Shown: positions 29,301 through 36,285 of the stretch, one piece after another
Position numbering within the stretch: position 1 is the first letter of the stretch
Layout of the letters: every line of letters starts with the position of its first letter
Source: a virus
Taxonomy: Duplodnaviria > Caudoviricetes
Length of the DNA stretch: 64,000 bases
Strand: one strand, 5' to 3'
Virus record (IMG/VR): IMGVR_UViG_2728369500_000003
Span: 9,917 to 73,916 of that record
The notes under the pieces: generated by a model
Told to the model about the DNA's origin: nothing
Seen by the model: the letters and a program-made list of their open reading frames with translations, nothing else
Databases searched by the model: none
Position numbers and translations under genes: made by a program

Positions 29301-30071
29301 GTACAGGGAACATTAAGCTTTATGCAGGGTGACAACTTTTTCACTGCAGCAGCAAGTGCATTTTTATCCAGCTTTGCTTCTTTTGGATATGCTAAAGCTA
29401 TTGGAGAAGCTGCATATAGCGGTGTAGGCCAGGTTGCATTCAGCATGCTTTCAGGTGGTGTGGGATCTGCCCTTACAGGAGGTAATTTCTGGGAAGGTGT
29501 GAAGATTGGTGCTATTGTATCTATTTTTAATCATCTAGCTCACAGAGGAGACAATCTTTTCAAGGCTTCTAAATCAGATGAGGATGGTGATTCTTCAATC
29601 ATGAAGATAATGAAGGCGAATAGTCCTGTAGGAATTGAATCTGAACAGGGATCTTCTTCTTCTTCTTCTTTTGTTTTTAAAAAATTAAGAAGTACTAACT
29701 GGCAGGTTGCTGATGTCTCAAATATCCACTATACTAGTGTCACTTCATTATATCCTAATCTTGACATTTTCTTTTTGTCTGTTACTAGAGGGTATTATCA
29801 ATTTCCTGTTAAATATGCAAATGGCTATGTTTTACCTAGCAATATAGCAGCAAATATAGCAGCAAAGGCTACTGATTTTGGACTAAAAGAGACTAGAAAT
29901 TATTACACTATTCGACAAGGTAACGCAATGCAAGCTGAAATGCAAAACTTTTTTAAAACTTCTGTGAATTTTTACCTTGGAACATGGGGAGGCAGGTTTT
30001 CATTTTCTCCACCGATGGGCTATAAAGGAATTCCAACCCCATATAGAAGAAATTTAAACCCATTCCAATAA
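23343..30071 (+). CDS. rhs: Rhs/YD-repeat polymorphic toxin (SpvB-like N-terminus, FG-GAP repeats, Rhs core)
   Basis: Signal peptide; LPIALPPG..GIAGYGWNISG; GDFNGDG repeats; RGYTSHEH, HMNGRLYDP, YNKYGYVMNNPLMYNDPSG core. Confidence 0.92.
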   Translation: MKRYDKKIQLFSTIILSLCSVLGFSQTILYQTESTSRTVQDPQSVVLAQGFYASSSSSNPFVAKIGPATENPGGGPVDSGAGSTNPSGTTAPDGKSFHDTKGNIEVNGAGQLQFTLPIALPPGVKSVAPQINLLYTSGASNGIAGYGWNISGITSISRAGKTIDKDAEAKAVQIDYSDYYSFNGQRLILKSGEYGKDGAEYVTEKYSNIKIKSVGNSLNISGPNYWEVTFENGSQAKYEKTFSTGFMGDTTPALEYNITKWKDPQGNFITYNYEYTPLGSAGINGGVSRISTITWGGNETLNKPHYNSIEFTYIDRDLIEQSYVQGLKYTQNKLLSEIKVSYNGSQFKKYGIDYIKNGTNYQSVDKITEYNAENKAANPVVFTYPAPTQPVLEFSDNNVDSFENVKLTGDFNGDGYLDFSMNNGVVKLGGLNNTFTDISTGKTFNTEAKVISTLLDEEGQIHNGNGIVQYEGGKVVGYIFRDNTFAKVFEKVVYVDPNCTYQGGGVGCSIQMASFNEGDINGDGISDVFVKINKKICQFEPTPGCNDLTKTTMSTSDGTINRPPPCHELNCNTYLVGNYIVDLKNADNPLSTYTVDSGINESSYYKQQYLDVDGDGKINIIDISNTAYTVFEFIKTAPNQYLKKIKFSGNLAETKAPEFPVLFGDFNGDGNLDFTIPTTDNKDKDNWRFYMGTGKGFSNILKTDFLKYRKPNDYQNSNYPTFNIYQHVYSVSDINKDGKSDIVHILPYNKAGVVNSSGLILNRYYGYTIDTYTSNGATANGSPDFYTSYTYNGSNYVTGTSEFALFSPITSQVKINNNYYDVLLFWKERMHKLKSPSSAGKLSQVQTITQGGITTSADYLEVIPNNPLNPNFYQKVKKEYYPYFSLSRVDQSYAVSQLRQEGRKQDFRYRGMTGHMHGKGMMGYYQSARSSWYADGFENTKIWSAVEIDPLFDGLPVKEWSISTNDESKIFPADISENNTQLLSFKSTIYQTDKLLNGQIVTGIIADADKPKVITATVPKSTKTKDFLNDTLTNASITYGDYYLPKQSVSNVNNGYAITTSNFEYIHNTSGIAADYFVGRPQSKTDQISAYGDTKSAKEEYTYESNLLKTQKTWNRDNTGYLLETYSYDGFGNITGKITSNSIDSQIQTEASVYDPKGRFVVKKTDNLGLETGIEYNDWGQIKKQTDPLGNILTNTYDAWGKILTSKTNLGGTTTYQYNRDNNSNITVTQYNPDGDISKKYTNKLGQEYKVSTKAFGQGQFVSKETQYDILGRKIRESEHYFEGQSASGWNTITYDDSVFPITKATATSFNGKQMETTVSGLTTIVKELNGYGRTTSKNTDALGNVVSSTDKGGTITFFYNAAGEQIKAQYAENIVTTKYDSWGRKLEFNDPSNGLYKYEYDGFGQPKKIISPKGTKEYMYNNLGQLVAQTEISTIDGGQATNKTISFTYDNKGRLVSKDGTSKGKAYSSNVSYDQQGRVLSSSESSNGKYFIQKGITYDDKGRVISYEKQLYSSGALTKVQIENLYSAWSGELYQVKDKNSGKILWELTEANAKGQVLKAKLGAANINNTYDDNGFLTNVNHSSALKPGILQLSYSFNAIKNELKSRTTGGDFNIVESFDYDDNNRLVNWTNPVTGIKPTSNRNVYDVKGRIIENDQVGIMKYENSAKIYQPTGMTLNAAGTQNYNNDLIQSITYNENNDPVFIDGMKGDVAFQYGLTNMRQRVTYGGNFSIDGDGKFTKFYSEDGSYEIVKDNTTGKEKHIIYIGGTPYESNIVYLKNFTESIGSYKFLHKDYIGSILAISDEAGNKLEQRHFDAWGNFTHLQIGNGVIITDKNIIDNASLLVDRGYTSHEHFAEVGIIHMNGRLYDPLLRRFLNADENIQDPTNTQNYNKYGYVMNNPLMYNDPSGEFWQIFAIPIVKALLFAVVSYTATVLITGAKFNILNLYSSIVMSLISAGITTVIGDVFSTATASIGNEALKSLVHAGVQGTLSFMQGDNFFTAAASAFLSSFASFGYAKAIGEAAYSGVGQVAFSMLSGGVGSALTGGNFWEGVKIGAIVSIFNHLAHRGDNLFKASKSDEDGDSSIMKIMKANSPVGIESEQGSSSSSSFVFKKLRSTNWQVADVSNIHYTSVTSLYPNLDIFFLSVTRGYYQFPVKYANGYVLPSNIAANIAAKATDFGLKETRNYYTIRQGNAMQAEMQNFFKTSVNFYLGTWGGRFSFSPPMGYKGIPTPYRRNLNPFQ

Positions 30072-30080
30072 ATTATAATT

Positions 30081-30587
30081 ATGAAAAAACTACATATTTT
30101 AATTCTTATATTTGTTACTATGAATTTTGAAGCACAAAAAATTGAAGATATTTTTGGAAAAAAATTAGGATCTTTAAATACTTATACTAAAGATCAAACA
30201 TTTGAAAATAAATTACCTTTATCTTTTTTAGGAAAAGAAGTAAAAGCTTCTAATATTGGCATTAACAATGATACAATAAATTCAATAATTTTTTCCATAG
30301 ATGTAAAGCATTCAGATATCTTAAGTAAATTATTAGAGTTATATGGAAGTCCGAAAGTTGCTTTTGAAGCCAATCTATTTCCAAGTCAAAACAATAATGA
30401 TAAAGAAGGTACATTTAGCTCTGGTATAGCATCCAGTAAGGACTTTAAGTTTGATAAAGCTAAATTAAATGAATACATTTATATTGTTTGGGATACCGAA
30501 AACTATATGCTAAATTATTATAAGCCTAATTCAGCAATGAATGAAAGTTTGGATGTTAGAATAGAAATGATAAATAAAGGTTTTTAG
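30081..30587 (+). CDS. Putative cognate immunity protein
   Basis: 9 nt downstream of rhs, signal-peptide-like N-terminus, AT-rich. Confidence 0.6.
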   Translation: MKKLHILILIFVTMNFEAQKIEDIFGKKLGSLNTYTKDQTFENKLPLSFLGKEVKASNIGINNDTINSIIFSIDVKHSDILSKLLELYGSPKVAFEANLFPSQNNNDKEGTFSSGIASSKDFKFDKAKLNEYIYIVWDTENYMLNYYKPNSAMNESLDVRIEMINKGF

Positions 30588-30617
30588 AAATTTCTTATTC
30601 ACTAACTTTATATTTTT

Positions 30618-30647
30618 AGCTCCTGCACTTACTGCAGGAGCTTTTTT
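30618..30647. terminator. Bidirectional intrinsic terminator between the Rhs operon and integrase
   Basis: AGCTCCTGCA-cttac-TGCAGGAGCT with a downstream T run, between convergent genes. Confidence 0.75.
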
Positions 30648-30708
30648 ATGTAAATATCAGAAGTAATTTTATTTGGTAAACATGCTTACATGAAGCTATT
30701 TTAGTCCG

Positions 30709-31986
30709 TTAAGAACGTTCACCAATCCCAAGTCTCACTTGTTTTAAAGCCTCATTTTCCCTCTTTTTCTTTCCTACAGTGTAAACATTTGTAATAGACT
30801 CTGTTCGATGACTGGCTGCTGTCTTTGCAAGATTAATATCCGGTATAGCGATATAATCCGGTGCTAATGGGTCAGGTTTAAATCCATCTAAAATATCTAA
30901 GAACAAATGCTTCAGAGCATAGAAATCTTCTGTAACCTTTATAATATTTCCGTTTTCATCTTTTATATTATCAGACTGCTTTATCAGTCTATACCAACGT
31001 TTAGTAATTTGATATGGCTGTATTGGATCCTTTCCTGGAACCAAACCTTTGGAAAAAAGATAATCATTTTCAGATTTACACATAGATAAGATTTCCCGCC
31101 AATAAGGAATCGCATCAGGAAGAATAACTTTTATAGTTTCTGTATATTGTCTTCCCTTCCTAATAATGACTTTATATTCCTGTTGAATTAAATTAACGTC
31201 TTTTTTCTGCAATCTCATTAATTCTGATGTTCTAGCTCCCGAAAGAAAAAATATCTTAAAATATCGAAAGAAATCAGGGTAATTCTCTTCTATATAATCG
31301 TGGACTATTTGGTATTTTGAATCTGAAAGAGTTTCCCGGATTGTTACAATTGTTTTCTGCTTGGATATTTCTCTGCATGGGTTATGCTCAATACAACCAT
31401 ACTGTATGAGTTCTTTGAATAAACTCATCATAACACTTCTATACTTATTGTAGACAGAAGGTGTCAATTTAGCATGTTCAAAAGCATTTTTAATATGCCA
31501 AATTTTTACTTCTGATATTTTCAGCTCATCATATTTTAACCTTTCAAAAAAAGGTTTTAATCGTGCTATACACTGCTTGACTTGTTTTAAATGAATTGAT
31601 GATGCACTAATTTTATCGTATGCCAATTCCAATGCCTTTATAAACGGAGTGTACGGAGATAGTTCAATATACTGCGAATCCTCTATTACTGCAATAGATT
31701 TTTTTTGAATAGGATTATAACCTTCTTTTAAAGTTTTTAATTCATTTTCTAATAGAATTTTAGTGGCGTTTCGCCTATCTTCAATATCCTTATATTCATT
31801 CATACCCTTAACAATAGTAAGACGACCATAAGGGTATTTATCTTTGAATAAGGGATCGTGGAAATAATATTGAATTTTCCATGTTAATGTAAGAGATTTT
31901 TTTCCGGCAGTTTTCCAGTCTTTCGGAAATACCGAAGGAGTACTACAAGAACATCCATTCGGAAGTAGAATTTTGCTGCGTTTCAT
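30709..31986 (-). CDS. int: Tyrosine recombinase/integrase
   Basis: SGARTSE, FYALKH, ASH...VY catalytic boxes; adjacent to the tRNA fragment. Confidence 0.9.
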   Translation of the reverse strand: MKRSKILLPNGCSCSTPSVFPKDWKTAGKKSLTLTWKIQYYFHDPLFKDKYPYGRLTIVKGMNEYKDIEDRRNATKILLENELKTLKEGYNPIQKKSIAVIEDSQYIELSPYTPFIKALELAYDKISASSIHLKQVKQCIARLKPFFERLKYDELKISEVKIWHIKNAFEHAKLTPSVYNKYRSVMMSLFKELIQYGCIEHNPCREISKQKTIVTIRETLSDSKYQIVHDYIEENYPDFFRYFKIFFLSGARTSELMRLQKKDVNLIQQEYKVIIRKGRQYTETIKVILPDAIPYWREILSMCKSENDYLFSKGLVPGKDPIQPYQITKRWYRLIKQSDNIKDENGNIIKVTEDFYALKHLFLDILDGFKPDPLAPDYIAIPDINLAKTAASHRTESITNVYTVGKKKRENEALKQVRLGIGERS

Positions 31987-32048
31987 TGCTTTGTTTATTA
32001 ACGATTTTATTAACGTTTGTAAACTGCAATGCTAAAATGTATTTAAAT

Positions 32049-32087
32049 AAAAAGCGGAAAACCCAATGTGGGAAAGGCTTTCCGCCT
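32049..32087 (-). terminator. Hairpin/terminator downstream of the tRNA fragment
   Basis: On minus: AGGCGGAAAGCC...GGTTTTCCGCTTTTT. Confidence 0.55.
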
Positions 32088-32131
32088 AGAGCCAACTACG
32101 GGACTTGAACCCGTGACCTCTTCCTTACCAA
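32088..32131 (-). tRNA. 3' half of tRNA-Thr(GGT), attachment-site core (not a full tRNA)
   Basis: Minus strand TTGGTAAGGAAGAGGTCACGGGTTCAAGTCCCGTAGTTGGCTCT: anticodon loop, T-arm (GGTTCAAGTCC) and acceptor 3' strand; no 5' half/D-arm upstream. Confidence 0.85.
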
Positions 32132-32270
32132 AGATAAGACTTGCGAATTATCAAAATATATGCTCTGATTATCAATTGTTTATATTTTAAATTTTAACTG
32201 TTTTTAATGCTATAAACACGGTTACAAACACGATTGTAAGCACATTTTTAACCTTACATTATCATGTAAA

Positions 32271-32927
32271 TCAACACTTCAAATATCCATTTTCTCTTAG
32301 TTCTTTATGGATGGATTGAATGTCTTCAGGGATACCTCCCTTAATGAGCCAGTTTACATCCAGTCCATTCTGTATTGCCAAATCCATTAGAACAGGAATA
32401 CCTCCTACTTTATGACCTAGCTTTTCAAGTTCCGGATTGAACTCAACCCAATAATCTTCGTGAAGCTTATTTACTATAAGAAGAACTTTAAAAATTCGAG
32501 CAATAATAGCTACGTAAAACTTTTCTAACTTCCAATTATATTGAAGATCATTAAGCTGATCTGTAATTTGCTCTAACAATTCGTTTAATAAAAATAGGTT
32601 AAGCCACGCTTCACCAAATTTATCCTTGGTAACAGAAACATGCTTGTTTATTAAACCACTCATATCGCGGACATCCATACTCAAATAACCAATTGAATAA
32701 ATATGTTGAGATGATATTTTGCAATACTTTTTCAACCTCTCCTCTACTTCATCCCTTAACTCCTCTACTGATTTTTCGCTTAACAATTCAAACTGCAATC
32801 TATTAGCCAGCACCAAATCCTTTTTCAAAAGTCTGAATATTAACTTATCTTTTTCTATCGAAGGAAGATTGGAAACAGCTTCTTTAAACTCTTCAGAGAA
32901 TTTCATTCTATCTCTTTTTTTAGGCAT
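32271..32927 (-). CDS. Hypothetical helical protein (accessory gene co-oriented with the repressor)
   Basis: 218-aa ORF; no recognised motif. Confidence 0.6.
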   Translation of the reverse strand: MPKKRDRMKFSEEFKEAVSNLPSIEKDKLIFRLLKKDLVLANRLQFELLSEKSVEELRDEVEERLKKYCKISSQHIYSIGYLSMDVRDMSGLINKHVSVTKDKFGEAWLNLFLLNELLEQITDQLNDLQYNWKLEKFYVAIIARIFKVLLIVNKLHEDYWVEFNPELEKLGHKVGGIPVLMDLAIQNGLDVNWLIKGGIPEDIQSIHKELRENGYLKC

Positions 32928-32960
32928 TAAACAAATCGATTATTATAAAAAAACTAACAC

Positions 32961-33767
32961 TTATTTCTCTTCTAAATAATAGACAGCATCAGGCTTTGTC
33001 GCCAAAATTTCTTTAAAGTTATTCATATCAAATGATGGTTGATTAAAAGAAATTACCGCAGTGAAACTCCATATTTCTGAGATGTATCTAATATCAACAT
33101 ATATGTCAGGATAAATATTACTGATGTTGTTATTATCAGACCTAAGAATAATTACATTTTGATCTTTAGGATGCCTGAACACTCTTTTTAATAATAGAGA
33201 ATCAAGCTCAGGTATTATTAAGGCATGAATCCTACCCTCTCCAAAATTTCTAATATTGTCAATAAATTTTCCCACAAAATAATCTCCATCTTTGATCCCC
33301 TCTTCCATAGAGCATCCCTGCACCTCAAAACATCTAAATGTTCCGTTTCTAAGATATGGCAATCTAAAGGTAGGTAATGCTTCTACAAAACTGGCATCCA
33401 TAAATCCACCTCCCACATAGCCGGCTGCAAGTTTAGCAGGGACCGCCAGAATATTTTCTTCCTCTTCGTTAGATTCAACAGTAACTACAGCAGGCAAGCG
33501 ATTATAATTGATATAAGGCCTCTTTTCAAATTTAGACCCTGAAACAGCGCTGCTATCGCATTCTGATCTTAACATTTCACCTTTGCCTGTTAGAAGCCAC
33601 TCAGGATTAAAATCAGGATATTTATCAATGATAATTCTCAATTTATCTACCCCTAAACTATTACCACTATCTAAGAATCCTGTTGAAAACCCAGTTGTTG
33701 TATAAAATTTATTTTTACTTATCCCTTTATAATCAAGAAACTGTAAAATTTTCTCCTTATCAGTCAT
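32961..33767 (-). CDS. cI: CI-like repressor (HTH + S24 peptidase-like domain)
   Basis: N-terminal HTH (ISKNKFYTTTGFS), NPEWLLTGKGEM, FEVQGCSMEE, LLLKR; divergent from a small cro-like gene. Confidence 0.88.
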   Translation of the reverse strand: MTDKEKILQFLDYKGISKNKFYTTTGFSTGFLDSGNSLGVDKLRIIIDKYPDFNPEWLLTGKGEMLRSECDSSAVSGSKFEKRPYINYNRLPAVVTVESNEEEENILAVPAKLAAGYVGGGFMDASFVEALPTFRLPYLRNGTFRCFEVQGCSMEEGIKDGDYFVGKFIDNIRNFGEGRIHALIIPELDSLLLKRVFRHPKDQNVIILRSDNNNISNIYPDIYVDIRYISEIWSFTAVISFNQPSFDMNNFKEILATKPDAVYYLEEK

Positions 33768-33789
33768 GATTTTTATCTTTAATAATTTT

Positions 33790-33817
33790 CAAATATAAGA
33801 TAATTATCATATATTTG
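33790..33817. promoter_or_regulatory. Back-to-back -7 boxes forming a 28-bp palindrome (immunity switch)
   Basis: CAAATATA-a-GATAATTATC-a-TATATTTG; TATATTTG on each strand. Confidence 0.7.
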
Positions 33818-33848
33818 TGTTGTAAAACAAACATGAACATTTAAAACT

Positions 33849-34049
33849 ATGGACAAAGATAAGAAAACAAAACAGTACAATGGTTATAATAAGGATATTA
33901 TAAGAAGACTCAAACAAAAACACGGCTTTACGGCACGTTTCATCTATGCCTCTCTTAGAGGGAATAGAACCAGTGATAGCTCAACCAAAATAGTTGATGA
34001 TTACAATAAAATGAAAAAGGCAATTCAACAGGTCCTAAACAATATATAG
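33849..34049 (+). CDS. Cro-like small DNA-binding protein
   Basis: 66 aa basic, divergent from cI. Confidence 0.6.
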   Translation: MDKDKKTKQYNGYNKDIIRRLKQKHGFTARFIYASLRGNRTSDSSTKIVDDYNKMKKAIQQVLNNI

Positions 34050-34051
34050 TA

Positions 34052-34282
34052 ATGAAAACAGAAAACTTACTGCGGAGATTTAATGCACTAGAGCAACGCA
34101 TACGCCGAAGTGAACAATCTTTGGAAGAAGCTAAGCTTGAGGCGTCTACATTAAAACAATTAATCGACAACTCGCAAAGTACTAAAAAAGAAGACATCTC
34201 ATTTTTAGCTTCTTTGGCAGTAAGTAAGAGAAACGCTCGATTGGGAATAAAGTATGTGGACGGTAAACCTGTGAAAATATAA
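34052..34282 (+). CDS. Hypothetical coiled-coil early protein
   Basis: 76-aa ORF in the early operon. Confidence 0.55.
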   Translation: MKTENLLRRFNALEQRIRRSEQSLEEAKLEASTLKQLIDNSQSTKKEDISFLASLAVSKRNARLGIKYVDGKPVKI

Positions 34283-34368
34283 AAGCCACCCGCACCCAGC
34301 AGATGGCTAATGTTTAAGAAAAATTGCTAAAAAAATGATGACAACAAAAGTAAAAAAAATAAATAGCC

Positions 34369-34467
34369 ATGAAACCACACACTAACGACCTCCCTACTAC
34401 ACTTGCAATAGCTCTGATAGTAGTAGGAACAATTTTAACCGGATATGTTCAATCACTAAATTTTTAA
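34369..34467 (+). CDS. 32-aa single-TM peptide (not in ORF track)
   Basis: MKPHTNDLPTTLAIALIVVGTILTGYVQSLNF; stop 3 nt before the next ATG. Confidence 0.45.
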   Translation: MKPHTNDLPTTLAIALIVVGTILTGYVQSLNF

Positions 34468-34470
34468 ATC

Positions 34471-35046
34471 ATGATGAAGCTTGAAAATAAGCTAAGAATA
34501 GTACGCATTTCAGCGCTGGTAAGAATGTTTGACACTTTTACTCAACTTAAATTATTTGAAACTGTTATTAAACAAGAAAAAAGGTCTGACTGGGATATAT
34601 CAGAGCTATTTAAAGAACTGTTCAATATAGATTTATCTGCTTATCATAAAACAGAAGATGAAGAAGCCAATAAATGCATAGAACTTCATTCAGAACTTGA
34701 ATATCTAATAGAGCGTTATAAGGGATTTGATTTTCTAAAATTTGACAGAGAAAACATAATGGCATTTCTCAACTATACTGAAAATAAAAATCATTCCCTA
34801 AAGATTAATCACTTAATGTATAGTAGTGTTATGGAGGTTGTTTGCAGCTACTATAATAATACTACTATCAGCGAAGAAGACTTTTTTAAAAGTATAAATT
34901 ACTATAAGAGCTTAACATTTCCTGTTTTTCCACTTAATGTAAAAAGTATGGTTAGAAGTCTTCAAGAAACAGAAAAAAGTTTTATAACGATCAGTGAACT
35001 AAGAACAACAAGAAAACAATTAAAAGATGGAATTACAAATATTTAA
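34471..35046 (+). CDS. Hypothetical early protein
   Basis: 191-aa ORF overlapping the next start. Confidence 0.55.
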   Translation: MMKLENKLRIVRISALVRMFDTFTQLKLFETVIKQEKRSDWDISELFKELFNIDLSAYHKTEDEEANKCIELHSELEYLIERYKGFDFLKFDRENIMAFLNYTENKNHSLKINHLMYSSVMEVVCSYYNNTTISEEDFFKSINYYKSLTFPVFPLNVKSMVRSLQETEKSFITISELRTTRKQLKDGITNI

Positions 35047-35821
35047 CAGTCAAAAATTCGGAAAAATCAGAGCTTTCCAATCTGAAGACAGCAGCCCTTT
35101 ATTTGTCGCTGTTGATGTCGCAAGGGCTCTGGGATATGAAGATCCGGCTAAAGCAATCGCAACTCATTGTAAATCAGGCGACACGACAAAACGGTTTGTC
35201 GCTCACAAAAACGGTATTGGAGGAACATATGTCCAGATCATTAATGAGCCCAACCTTTACAGGCTGATTATGAAATCTAAATTAAAGGAAGCAGAGTCTT
35301 TTCAAGATTGGGTTTTTGAAGAGGTTCTTCCTACTATGCGTAAACATGGAGGTTATATAGTAACCCAGGTAACGGACACGAATGAAATGATCATGGCTAA
35401 AGGGTTTCAAATAGCAATGCAAACTATCGAAAATGTAAAGCTTAAGAACAAACAATTGGAAATGCAAAATGAGATCCAGCAGCAACAGATCATAAGTGAC
35501 GCTCCTTGGGTTGACTTATCAAAAAACTGTTATAACAGCACCGGATCCTACACAGCCTCTATCCTATCAGCAAGATTAGGATTTAGAAGTGCAAAAGCAT
35601 TGAATGCAGAATTGAAAAAGTTAGGCATTCAATACAAAATAAAAGGTGATGATTGTTGGAAGCTTACTGCAAAATATTCTGGCAATGGATATACTAAAAC
35701 AATACCATATCCATTTTTCAGATCTGACGGAACCTCTGACACCAGAAACAGAATGGAATGGACCGAGAAAGGATTTGTTTTCCTCAGGGAGTTTTTGAGT
35801 ACAAAACAGATCATACCATAA
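35027..35821 (+). CDS. BRO-N / KilA-C antirepressor-like protein
   Basis: FVAVDVARALGY, INEPNLYRLIMKS, FQDWVFEEVLPTMRKHGGY; EWTEKG C-terminus. Confidence 0.88.
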   Translation: MELQIFNSQKFGKIRAFQSEDSSPLFVAVDVARALGYEDPAKAIATHCKSGDTTKRFVAHKNGIGGTYVQIINEPNLYRLIMKSKLKEAESFQDWVFEEVLPTMRKHGGYIVTQVTDTNEMIMAKGFQIAMQTIENVKLKNKQLEMQNEIQQQQIISDAPWVDLSKNCYNSTGSYTASILSARLGFRSAKALNAELKKLGIQYKIKGDDCWKLTAKYSGNGYTKTIPYPFFRSDGTSDTRNRMEWTEKGFVFLREFLSTKQIIP

Positions 35822-35872
35822 ATTCTTTCAAATGTGCTAAAAAAGCACTTTTAAACCCTATAAAATAATATT

Positions 35873-36253
35873 ATGACATTTTACCAAGACAACAAAAGAA
35901 ACCCATCACAACCATTCAGTAACGATACTTTTAAACTTAGCTTATCAGAAATTCTACTCGGATGCGTTCCAGACATTGATAAGTTCCTGAAAGAGTTCTT
36001 ATCAAGTAATGAATACCTGGAATATTCAGACATAAGCCCAGTGTACTCAAATGATCAGACCCGCAAAATACCTATAAAAGAAAGGGAAATAATAGATTAT
36101 CTGGTAGAGATTCCGGCAGCAGCACACATCCTGTACTGGCTTTTCTTTAAAACAACAGATGAGTATTTTAAAAACAAGATTGACCTTCGTATAACGGAAC
36201 TCAACCAGGCAATAGGTCCTCGTACAGGAGAACTGGTTATTAAGAATTATTAA
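35873..36253 (+). CDS. Hypothetical protein
   Basis: 126-aa ORF before the replication gene. Confidence 0.55.
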   Translation: MTFYQDNKRNPSQPFSNDTFKLSLSEILLGCVPDIDKFLKEFLSSNEYLEYSDISPVYSNDQTRKIPIKEREIIDYLVEIPAAAHILYWLFFKTTDEYFKNKIDLRITELNQAIGPRTGELVIKNY

Positions 36254-36285
36254 TTTTTTACCTGAAACATTTCAAATTAGTTAGA

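Larger units (their letters stand above)
1..32131. mobile_element. Prophage A (left end outside window; right boundary at tRNA-Thr att fragment)
   Basis: Contiguous head/tail genes 1-21491, cargo, integrase 30709-31986 next to the tRNA 3' fragment. Confidence 0.85.

Noticed and set aside
29652-29870. Short TCT run and 12-bp tandem (AATATAGCAGCA x2) in the Rhs tip
   Set aside because: In-frame low-complexity coding repeats with no evidence for phase variation
32088-32131. Functional tRNA-Thr gene
   Set aside because: Only anticodon loop to 3' end is present; upstream sequence cannot form the D-arm or acceptor 5' strand
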